Of a stretch of 64,000 nt of DNA, positions 43,907-51,884 are shown in pieces. The notes beneath the pieces are model-generated. The model saw only the letters and a list, made by a program, of their open reading frames with translations. It was not told the DNA's origin and did no database searches. Position numbers and translations under genes: made by a program. This DNA comes from Cyanophyceae cyanobacterium (lineage in GTDB: Bacteria > Cyanobacteriota > Cyanobacteriia > Cyanobacteriales > Laspinemataceae). Location: contig JBBQFN010000001.1 in assembly GCA_038321985.1 (NCBI GenBank), positions 192,001 through 256,000 on the forward strand, given 5' to 3'. Position 1 is the stretch's first letter. The number at the start of each line of letters is the position of its first letter.

Positions 43907-45067
43907 TCAAGAAGGATCTAGGTCAGGATAGGCTTTTATGGCACGATCCTTGGCATAAATCATAAACTCTTCTGTACGAGCTACAAAATCAGCATAAGTA
44001 ATAAGCGTTATATCTTTGTTGCCGGTTGCTTCAGCCAAGGCAGACTCTAACGGCCTTTTATCTCGTGAAAATACGTTATCCCAGAGATAAAACATAACTT
44101 TATCTTTAATTTTTTGTAAATCAATCTGTCCATTTTCGGGTTTAACAAACCACCAACCAATCTGTTTGTCTTCTATTCTCCTTATAAATTTTGAATTTGA
44201 TTTAATTATTTCATTCAGGCCAATCACACAAATATACCAATCTAAAGATTCTTCCTGAATGATTAACTTGGCATCGGCGATTCTATCAGGCAGTTTATCT
44301 TTAGTGAAATTTTCACCATTCGGTGAATCAATGTATTCCCAATCCCAACGCCGTTTAAAGGCACTGTCGAGATAATAAATAGATTCATCAGAAGTATTAA
44401 TTGTTGCAAGGATAGATAAATTACAGGGTATAGAAATCTTTCTTTGCTTAAGTAAAGATATAAGCCTTATTTGATTGTTGGTTGTTTCTCTATCATGATC
44501 ATGATTTTTTATTTTATCATTAAGGAATCCATCTATAGGGTAAAGTGTACGATTACAATCAACTTGGATTGTACCATCATTATCTACTTTGGGCTGATAT
44601 TGCATCGAACTTAGCAGCCCTACTAACTCCATTTCGGAAATATCGATTTCATAACTAGACCAGTCATCAATTTCGCGATCTAGTAGTTGAAAAGCAGTGC
44701 CAAAAATAGCTGAGGCATTCCCTCTATTCAATTCATCAATTACTAGCAAATAATGTTCATTGGTTTCATCTATTAAGCCACGATATGCCATTCCTAAAAT
44801 TTGGAGAAAATGCCCTGGATAAAATTTATAAATTACTGAATTTCCCTGAGTCAGCGGCAGCAGCTTTCCCATAAAGTCCGCATAAGTGTACTCAGGATGA
44901 AACACTGTTTTGATAGTATTTTTAAGCACTTTGCTCTCATCATCCCAAGTAATTCCTAGCTGCTTAGTAGCAATTTCCCTGATTTTGTAGCTTTTGCCAG
45001 TTCCAGGACTACCAAATAGTATTTTTTGAAGTGCTTTATGGGTGTAATTCATAGCTACAGGGAACAC
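43907..45067 (-). CDS. McrB-like AAA+ GTPase lacking an N-terminal DNA-binding domain
   Basis: GSPGTGKS, VFHPEYTYADF, IDELNRGN, TINTSDES (NxxD), LDSAFKRRW, KVMFYLWDNV. Confidence 0.88.
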   Translation of the reverse strand: MFPVAMNYTHKALQKILFGSPGTGKSYKIREIATKQLGITWDDESKVLKNTIKTVFHPEYTYADFMGKLLPLTQGNSVIYKFYPGHFLQILGMAYRGLIDETNEHYLLVIDELNRGNASAIFGTAFQLLDREIDDWSSYEIDISEMELVGLLSSMQYQPKVDNDGTIQVDCNRTLYPIDGFLNDKIKNHDHDRETTNNQIRLISLLKQRKISIPCNLSILATINTSDESIYYLDSAFKRRWDWEYIDSPNGENFTKDKLPDRIADAKLIIQEESLDWYICVIGLNEIIKSNSKFIRRIEDKQIGWWFVKPENGQIDLQKIKDKVMFYLWDNVFSRDKRPLESALAEATGNKDITLITYADFVARTEEFMIYAKDRAIKAYPDLDPS

Positions 45068-45307
45068 TCGTAATGATTAGACTTAAAAGAACAGAAATCG
45101 GAGCAGTTTATCTTTAATTAAGCTCAATACTCCTTGGAGCAAAGCACAGATAACGGCCTGATGTTGGAAATGCTTGATGTTGTCCCGGAATATTTTTGTA
45201 CCAACCCAAATTTTACCACACCTGTTTCCGAGTTTAGCAGTAGGTCTACTCTAGGCAAGCATAAAGCAATACTTATGATTACTGGCATGGATCCATACAC
45301 TCTGCAC

Positions 45308-45457
45308 CTAGGCACTCTCTTCTGGATCCCTTATAGGGACTAGCGGCCCGATCGCATTCAGCAATTCTGGAATATTGCCTTTCAGTCCCCGGGCAAATTC
45401 TAACGCCAATTCCCCAGCTTTCAGAATATCCAAAAGTGATGCACTATCCCGCGACAT
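45308..45457 (-). pseudogene. DUF86/HEPN (HepT-like) toxin with an in-frame internal deletion
   Basis: MSRDSASLLDILKAGELALEFARGLKGNIPELLNAIGPLVPIRDPEESA (49 aa): DUF86-like N- and C-terminal helices joined, no R-X4-H motif; overlaps the MNT stop. Confidence 0.7.
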
Positions 45458-45785
45458 AAATCATCTGTGCTGTTTCTAAAATTTCTTGCCGACGAATCCA
45501 GTTATGACTTTGCTCGATCGCCTTTTTTGTGATTAAATCCACCGGACGCTCTAGCCAAATTTCCAGTTCTCGTTTCATCCGCACGAGTTCTAGTAATCCC
45601 CACCCCGCATTTGGCTGAAATTTTACCATCACATCAATATCACTATCGGGTCGAAAATCCTCCCGCAACACTGATCCAAACAAGTAAAACTCTTCAACCT
45701 TCCATCGCTGACAAAATTCTGCCATTTTTGCCGGAGGCAGTTTGATAGGGAGTTCTCGATTTAAAGGCAATTTCTGGATAGCCAT
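45444..45785 (-). CDS. MNT minimal nucleotidyltransferase (MntA-like antitoxin)
   Basis: LFGSVLREDFRPDSDIDVMV, RPVDLIT. Confidence 0.92.
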   Translation of the reverse strand: MAIQKLPLNRELPIKLPPAKMAEFCQRWKVEEFYLFGSVLREDFRPDSDIDVMVKFQPNAGWGLLELVRMKRELEIWLERPVDLITKKAIEQSHNWIRRQEILETAQMIYVAG

Positions 45786-45817
45786 ATCCTCTCAATTTAT
45801 CATACTCGATGGCCGAT

Positions 45818-46018
45818 TTATTCTCGTAGGCGTTCAGAAATTTGAATTAACAACCGCAAGGCTTCATTCACCGATTCCTGGGTGGGGAAAGCGCGAGCTA
45901 CATCTGGATCTAGCAGTACCAAATTCGTTCCTTTTTGATAACGCTCGACATATTTTCCCCGAACCCCTCCACTTAATTGAGATAAGTCATATTCATCAGA
46001 CAATTCATCGTTAGGCAT
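45818..46018 (-). CDS. BrnA-like small antitoxin; no toxin gene seen upstream
   Basis: DEL..EYD....GVRGKY..RY..GTNLVLLDPDVARAFP...SVNEALRLL. Confidence 0.7.
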   Translation of the reverse strand: MPNDELSDEYDLSQLSGGVRGKYVERYQKGTNLVLLDPDVARAFPTQESVNEALRLLIQISERLRE

Positions 46019-46174
46019 GAGAGTCAATTAATCCGTTGATAGTCAAGGATAGATAATTTTATACCAAATCCTCCGTTCAAAAGTCGTTGTACTCTTTAGC
46101 CCGCGCAGGGTTCTGGTGAGCACCGTCGAACCACGGGCTTTGTCCGTATAGCCCCACCCTTTAGGGTGCGGGTT

Positions 46175-46909
46175 TTAATCCCCATTGTCTCCCCCGTAAA
46201 TGGCCTCTTTTTGTGCCGTTACTAATTCCTGAATACCCGTTTCAGCCATATCTAAAATGCGATTGAGTTCGGTGCGATTAAAACTGCCTGCTTCGGCGGT
46301 TCCTTGTAATTCGATAATATCCAACCGATCGCTCATCACTACATTAAAATCAATATCCGCTGCCACATCTTCCGGGTAGTTGAGGTCCAAATAGGGTTGT
46401 CCTTCAAATAACCCCACGGACACCGCAGCGACTTGGCGACAAATCGGCGACTGTTCTAACTCTCCCGATCGCACCAGTTTCTCGATCGCCAAGGCTAGGG
46501 CCACAAATCCCCCAGTAATCGACGTGGTACGGGTTCCGGCATCCGCTTGGAGGACATCGGCATCAATCAGAATTGTCCGTTCTCCCAGGGCTTTTAAATC
46601 GATTGCAGCGCGTAAACTGCGCCCGATGAGGCGTTGAATCTCTTGGGTGCGTCCCGACAGTTTCATGAATTCTCGGGATTGCCGTTGGGGGGTGGCACCG
46701 GGAAGCATTCGATATTCGGCGGTTAACCAGCCACTACCTTGATTGGCGAGGAATCGGGGGACTCCCGGTTCGATGGTGACGGTACAGAGTACCTGGGTGT
46801 CGCCACAACGGGTGAGGACAGAACTATTTGCAAAGCGAGTAAAGTCTTTTTCAAACCGAATCGGACGCAGTTGTGCCGGTTCTCGGCCATCAGGACGCTG
46901 CCAAGTCAT
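46175..46909 (-). CDS. rph: Ribonuclease PH
   Basis: [39 protein letters not shown]. Confidence 0.97.
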   Translation of the reverse strand: MTWQRPDGREPAQLRPIRFEKDFTRFANSSVLTRCGDTQVLCTVTIEPGVPRFLANQGSGWLTAEYRMLPGATPQRQSREFMKLSGRTQEIQRLIGRSLRAAIDLKALGERTILIDADVLQADAGTRTTSITGGFVALALAIEKLVRSGELEQSPICRQVAAVSVGLFEGQPYLDLNYPEDVAADIDFNVVMSDRLDIIELQGTAEAGSFNRTELNRILDMAETGIQELVTAQKEAIYGGDNGD

Positions 46910-46911
46910 GG

Positions 46912-47499
46912 TTAAGGTTGATCCTTGTTAGGGTTTACCGTTTTCCAGATGTCTTCTTTTACTTCTTCCGAGGGCCGATCGCCGTTTATAGTAAGCAGGC
47001 GATTGCCATAGTTGTAGTAGTCCAAAATGGGGATCGTGCGTTCGTGGAATAACTGGATCCGACGGCGCAGGAATTCTGGTTCATCATCGGGACGCCCCCT
47101 TTCGGGTCGCGTTTGCGATCGCTGGAGGGACCGGCGCATTAACTCTTCATCAGATACATTCAGCCAAATTGCCCAATCTAAGGTCTGCTGCAAGGATTCG
47201 AGCAAAAAATCTAGTTCTTCCGCTTGAAACGAGGTGCGGGGATAGCCATCAAGTAACCACCCATTTTCCGTATAGGGTTGGGTTAATTGTTCGCGAACGA
47301 ACTCAATCATGATCGGGTCCGGGACCAGTTCCCCGCGTTCTGCATAAGGTTGCGCCTGCCTGCCTAATTCAGTTTGGGCGGCGATCGCCTTAAACAGGAT
47401 TTCCCCGGTTGAAATGCAAGGGATATTCAAGCGACTGCATAGCTGACTCGCCTGGGTCCCCTTTCCTGCTCCTGGCCCTCCCAGAATTACCAATCTCAC
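46912..47499 (-). CDS. adk: Adenylate kinase (short-LID type)
   Basis: [33 protein letters not shown]. Confidence 0.9.
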   Translation of the reverse strand: MRLVILGGPGAGKGTQASQLCSRLNIPCISTGEILFKAIAAQTELGRQAQPYAERGELVPDPIMIEFVREQLTQPYTENGWLLDGYPRTSFQAEELDFLLESLQQTLDWAIWLNVSDEELMRRSLQRSQTRPERGRPDDEPEFLRRRIQLFHERTIPILDYYNYGNRLLTINGDRPSEEVKEDIWKTVNPNKDQP

Positions 47500-47620
47500 G
47501 ACAAAAACTCCTCATGTTGGCCCAAAATAGACTCTACCACTGTTACCCTTCACAGGGAATAAATCTTAATTTCTCCCCCACTTTGTCCAAAGTTCCCACG
47601 CCTCGGGCATTTCGCGGGAT

Positions 47621-47679
47621 TTTGTACATTTAGTGTTTTTTCGTGGCATAATCGGGTTACCAAACACTACATATCGAGC
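47621..47679. promoter_or_regulatory. Candidate tandem NrdR boxes
   Basis: ACACTACATATCGAGC (47664-47679) and ACACTAAATGTACAAA (reverse strand, 47621-47636) versus consensus acaCwAtATaTwGtgt; starts 43 bp apart. Confidence 0.5.
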
Positions 47680-47759
47680 GATTGGATTGCTAGAATTCAC
47701 TTCCTTGCAGTCTATCGGTCTAGTTTTTAGCATTCGTCACCCATCGGAATATTGCCATA

Positions 47760-48296
47760 ATGATTGCACAGCTTGAAAGTCCCACTCTCGATACCCCTTG
47801 TCGTCCACCTTACACGGTGGAAGGCTTGCTACAAGTCTTTACCAGCGCCCACCGTAACTTTTTTACCAGTGTCATGGCCCAGGCCCTGAGAATCTCCGGA
47901 CAGGGTACTCCGGTCTTGGTGGTCCAGTTTCTCAAGGGAGGAATCGGGCAAGGTCCCGAGGCCCCCGTTCAACTCGGACAACACCTGGATTGGGTTCGCT
48001 GCGATCTTCCTCGCTGCATTGATACTCCCGAGTTAGATGAAATAGAGGCCGGTTCTCTGCGAAAATTATGGGACTATACTCAACAGGTGGTTTCTGAAGG
48101 GAAGTATTCTCTTGTGGTTCTGGATGAGTTGAGTTTAGCCATTAGTTTTGGCTTGATTCCAGAAGCTGAGGTGTTGGAATTTTTAGTAAAACGCCCGAGT
48201 CACGTTGATATTATTTTAACGGGGCCGAATATGCCGGAACCCATTTTAGAATTAGCGGATCAAATCACTGAAATTCGTCGTAGCCATCGACCGTAG
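47760..48296 (+). CDS. CobO/BtuR-like P-loop protein (cob(I)alamin adenosyltransferase family, degenerate Walker A)
   Basis: GLLQVFT, VVQFLKGG, LVVLDEL, IILTG, ADQITE. Confidence 0.8.
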   Translation: MIAQLESPTLDTPCRPPYTVEGLLQVFTSAHRNFFTSVMAQALRISGQGTPVLVVQFLKGGIGQGPEAPVQLGQHLDWVRCDLPRCIDTPELDEIEAGSLRKLWDYTQQVVSEGKYSLVVLDELSLAISFGLIPEAEVLEFLVKRPSHVDIILTGPNMPEPILELADQITEIRRSHRP

Positions 48297-48303
48297 GACA
48301 GGT

Positions 48304-48348
48304 AAGAATTAAGAATTAATGGGGGTTAACTCTTAATTCTTAATTCTT
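48304..48348. repeat. Inverted heptamer (AAGAATT) repeats between convergent genes; probable bidirectional terminator
   Basis: AAGAATTAAGAATTAA ... TTAATTCTTAATTCTT. Confidence 0.65.
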
Positions 48349-48891
48349 TTAGAGGAGGGATGGGGTTGCCACAGAGGTTGGGTTCATCAAAAATGTAGCG
48401 GCTTTTTGGGCGATCGCCTCAGAAATATGAATTTTTTTGAGGGTGACTAACCCATCCTGAATAAAGGAATCTCGAACTAAAAGGCTGTTCCCACTGTTAA
48501 ACCCAGTCTCGTAGTAAACTTCTCGAATTCCGGCAGAAATAATTAATTTTAAGCAAGATAAACAAGGTTCGAGGGTGACATAAATGCTGGACCCTTCAGT
48601 GGAAATTCCATGCTTGGCAGCTTGGGCGATCGCATTCGCTTCTGCATGAACCGCCCGAGAGGGCAAAGTTTTACTTTCTGCACAGCTACTCAATCCCGGA
48701 TAACAGTAACCCTGGGCCGTACAATGGGCCGTACCCGATGGGGAACCATTGTAACCTGTTGCCACAACCTGTTTATTTTTAACAATCACTGCACCCACGG
48801 GAAAAGCAAGGCAAGTTGAGCGCATCGCCGCCAATTTTGCCAACATGATAAAATATTCATCCCATGTTGGCCTAAGTTCTTCCAGTTCCAT
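48349..48891 (-). CDS. dCMP deaminase (ComEB-type Zn deaminase)
   Basis: RPTWDEYF, RSTC, VGAVIV, TGYNG, HAEANAI, PCLSC. Confidence 0.93.
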   Translation of the reverse strand: MELEELRPTWDEYFIMLAKLAAMRSTCLAFPVGAVIVKNKQVVATGYNGSPSGTAHCTAQGYCYPGLSSCAESKTLPSRAVHAEANAIAQAAKHGISTEGSSIYVTLEPCLSCLKLIISAGIREVYYETGFNSGNSLLVRDSFIQDGLVTLKKIHISEAIAQKAATFLMNPTSVATPSLL

Positions 48892-49205
48892 TAATTTTTA
48901 GCTACCCAATCGTTTCTATTTATGGTAACAGTTAGGGGAATAAAAGACGAATTATTGGCTCAAATATGATGGGTTTATAAGGGTGTCGAAAGTGCGTAAG
49001 ATAAAAACGTGCCATAAGATTAACAAGCATTATCCCGTATAATTTTAGGGAGTGCCTTAGCAACCTACCTATTATTCCGGAATTCTATTATTGATTTTTA
49101 CGCCAAAATTGATTACTATTATCCAGTCCAGCTTGCCTGGTGGATTGCCAATTGAGATAGCCCCCAGAAAAGTCCGGAGTTAGAAATTCACGGAAACCGC
49201 CCAAG

Positions 49206-49637
49206 ATGAAACTAAAAATTTATCCCTTACATCCGGATGCGATTATTCCAACTTATGCCCATGACAACGATTCCGCAATGGATTTATCAGCGAATGAAGC
49301 AGTGACGCTACATCCGGGAGAACGTAAGTTAATTGGAACTGGAATTGCGATTGAATTACCTGTATTGACAGAAGCACAAATTAGGCCAAGAAGTGGCTTA
49401 GCTTATAAACATGGAATTACGGTTTTGAATACACCGGGAACCATTGATGAAGGGTATCGGGGGGAAATTAAGGTAATTTTAATCAATCATGGACAAGAAG
49501 ACTTTCAGGTAGTTAAGGGAATGAGAATTGCTCAAATGGCAATCACCCCGATTTTAAGACCTGAAATTGAAGTGGCAGCTACGGAAATTCTGGCAACCGC
49601 AAGAGGTGCAAATGGGTTCGGATCGACGGGGGTATAG
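49206..49637 (+). CDS. dut: Trimeric dUTPase
   Basis: [37 protein letters not shown]. Confidence 0.96.
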   Translation: MKLKIYPLHPDAIIPTYAHDNDSAMDLSANEAVTLHPGERKLIGTGIAIELPVLTEAQIRPRSGLAYKHGITVLNTPGTIDEGYRGEIKVILINHGQEDFQVVKGMRIAQMAITPILRPEIEVAATEILATARGANGFGSTGV

Positions 49638-49661
49638 AGAGAGTTTTGGTCTCTCTATACC
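49631..49661. terminator. Hairpin between convergent dut and thyX
   Basis: GGTATAGAGAGA-gttttgg-TCTCTCTATACC perfect 12-bp stem. Confidence 0.65.
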
Positions 49662-49670
49662 GTCCGTAAG

Positions 49671-51752
49671 TTAGGGAGATAAACGACCTTTTTTGAGACG
49701 ATGTTTCTCATACCATTCTGCTATGGCGGGGACCCATTCTTGAAAATGCGGCCAAATCAAATCGCAGAGTTTTTGGCATTCGAGTTGGGCGTCGGGCTTG
49801 GCGCGAAGATCGAGTAAGTGCATAAGACTTCGCGCATTGAAGGAGACAACCCAGTGTTGACGGACATCAAAGGGAATAATGCCTCGGGCGTGTTCTTCTG
49901 ATGTCCCTTCTTCAATCAAAACCTGATAGCGTTTGGCAGCATCTAAACACCAAGCTAAATCACGATCGCGTTGTTGTTGGGTATATTCATAGCGTTTTCC
50001 CTGGCGATCGGTATAGTAGCCAACGGGACGTAAATAAAACACATCTTCAATGTCTCGAATGCCTTTTGCTGCATCAACAATTCGGTTACCCGTATAGCGA
50101 TTCGAGTTATGAACGACTATTCCATTCGCGACGAAATTATGCCGAGGGCCTTCTACTTCTAAATCATAGGTCATCTGGCATCCCAAAAACTCAACATGAG
50201 TCACCTTCACCGGATGTGCCCCCAGTTTATTGCCCGGTGACTTTGGTTTATCTTTCCAATTTTGGGGTTCAACAATAGGTCGGTAAGTTTGAGCAAACTC
50301 CGCTTCTTTGTTATTTTGATGGATATCCTCGTGGCAAGTTTTACATAAAGTCACGAGATTATCAAAATCATAAGCTAAAAGTTCATCCGCATAAACAGGA
50401 ACTAAATGATGAGCGTTTAATTCACCACCTCTTTCGCCACAACACTGACAAATGTAATTGGACTTTCTATGGACTTCAGGAGCAATTTGCCTTGTCCAAG
50501 CACCAATAAGTTCACGTTCATTGGAAGTTCCCCCTTTCCAGAAATTAGACTCCGCTCCTCTTCTGGTATATCGTCTAGCATTTTGTCGCCTTTTTTCACG
50601 GCTTTCCGGGGAAAGGTTTAAGCTGTAGCCTCCCTTGTCTTTATTCCAGGGGATTGCCGAGCCTTTGGGTCGCTTGTTCAAAGAAAGATCGTAGAAGTAG
50701 ACCCACTTTTTAATCGTTGAAATTGAACAACCGGCAAGTTGCGCGATCGCATCTACATAAAGCCCTTTGCTCAATTGTGTTTCTAGCCAAGAGCGATTCT
50801 GATACAGTGCATTGGGTCGAGCATTCCAAGGCACTTGCTCTGGACGAAACTGAGTATTTTTAGCGTTCAAAGACAAGTCATATTTTTTCACCCAGTCTTT
50901 CACCGCAGTTCTCGAACACTGAGATCGCTCGGCCATTTCTTCTACAGAAAGACCCTGCTCGATCTGCTGTGCAAGCCACTCTTTATTTCTGTAGAGTCCA
51001 TTACCGGCCACCGCTATGCCATTACACATTACCTTACAAGGCTTGGTCATGTTAATGACCCGACCATCTTCCGCTGTGACTAAACCTACCGCGTCTCCCA
51101 TCGTCTGCCAGCCTTGTGCAGTAAATAAGCGGTGATTGGTCGTACAATCCAGGGTTTTGCCATCCTCTAAAGTTACGCGATAAACGGGTTGAATTCCTTT
51201 TACAAGGACATCTTTAATGCGGCCAATTTCAAAAAAACCAGTAGCTTCATTGAGAACCCTCAAGCGCATTTTTTTGATTCGCGTTTTACAATCACGCCGA
51301 TATTCGCCCGGAGCTTCTCCATTTCTGCCCCGAATTTCTCTTCGACGAATCGCCTTTTCTCCGTTAGTCCAGAGGTCATATAACTCTCCAATATTTTTCT
51401 TGAGCTTTGGGCTACTCATTCCGTTGGTGTCAACAAAGGTAACTTCGGTGTCTCCAGCCAGACATTGCACATCGAATGAAATTCCGACGCGATGTGTACG
51501 AATTTGCTGCATGACGCTATGGGGAAAAAAGCCACAATTGAACACAATTCCCACGTGCTCAATCGGCCCATAATGACCCCTTTCTCCGGCTAAAAGACGC
51601 TTGACGATCAGTTCTCCACATTTGGTTTCTGACGGCCAGGAATCGCGATCGTCATAAACAAATCCCTCGCTATAATCTTGGTGCATTGCTGCATAAATGA
51701 CTTGCTGAGGATTGGGGGTTTTGGTAATTACTTCTACTCTAAATCGATCCAT
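49671..51752 (-). CDS. thyX: Flavin-dependent thymidylate synthase ThyX precursor (693 aa; about 240 aa after splicing)
   Basis: GHYGPIEH, QIRTHRVGISFDVQ|intein|SNRY, EHARGIIP, NARSLMHLLDLR..DAQLE. Confidence 0.95.
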   Translation of the reverse strand: MDRFRVEVITKTPNPQQVIYAAMHQDYSEGFVYDDRDSWPSETKCGELIVKRLLAGERGHYGPIEHVGIVFNCGFFPHSVMQQIRTHRVGISFDVQCLAGDTEVTFVDTNGMSSPKLKKNIGELYDLWTNGEKAIRRREIRGRNGEAPGEYRRDCKTRIKKMRLRVLNEATGFFEIGRIKDVLVKGIQPVYRVTLEDGKTLDCTTNHRLFTAQGWQTMGDAVGLVTAEDGRVINMTKPCKVMCNGIAVAGNGLYRNKEWLAQQIEQGLSVEEMAERSQCSRTAVKDWVKKYDLSLNAKNTQFRPEQVPWNARPNALYQNRSWLETQLSKGLYVDAIAQLAGCSISTIKKWVYFYDLSLNKRPKGSAIPWNKDKGGYSLNLSPESREKRRQNARRYTRRGAESNFWKGGTSNERELIGAWTRQIAPEVHRKSNYICQCCGERGGELNAHHLVPVYADELLAYDFDNLVTLCKTCHEDIHQNNKEAEFAQTYRPIVEPQNWKDKPKSPGNKLGAHPVKVTHVEFLGCQMTYDLEVEGPRHNFVANGIVVHNSNRYTGNRIVDAAKGIRDIEDVFYLRPVGYYTDRQGKRYEYTQQQRDRDLAWCLDAAKRYQVLIEEGTSEEHARGIIPFDVRQHWVVSFNARSLMHLLDLRAKPDAQLECQKLCDLIWPHFQEWVPAIAEWYEKHRLKKGRLSP
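50106..51464 (-). mobile_element. Intein (453 aa) carrying an HNH homing endonuclease
   Basis: Starts CLAGDT; block B CTTNHRLFT; ends YDLEV...HNFVANGIVVHN before Ser; HNH CQCCG..LNAHH..NLVTLCKTCH. Confidence 0.95.
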
Positions 51753-51884
51753 GATTTATCCCTAACTTCTGATTGGCTTCGCCTGGGGGAATCCCCCGAT
51801 CGCGGATTGGTTCTGGGTTGCACTTACCGGCTTCTTGGATTTGCCAAATTTTTTATCTTATCATAAATTTCTATCATAGGACCC

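Noticed and set aside
45124..45343. 63-69 aa ORFs upstream of the McrB-like gene as a missing specificity subunit
   Set aside because: No recognisable motif, weak starts, and overlap with the HEPN remnant; more likely promoter DNA
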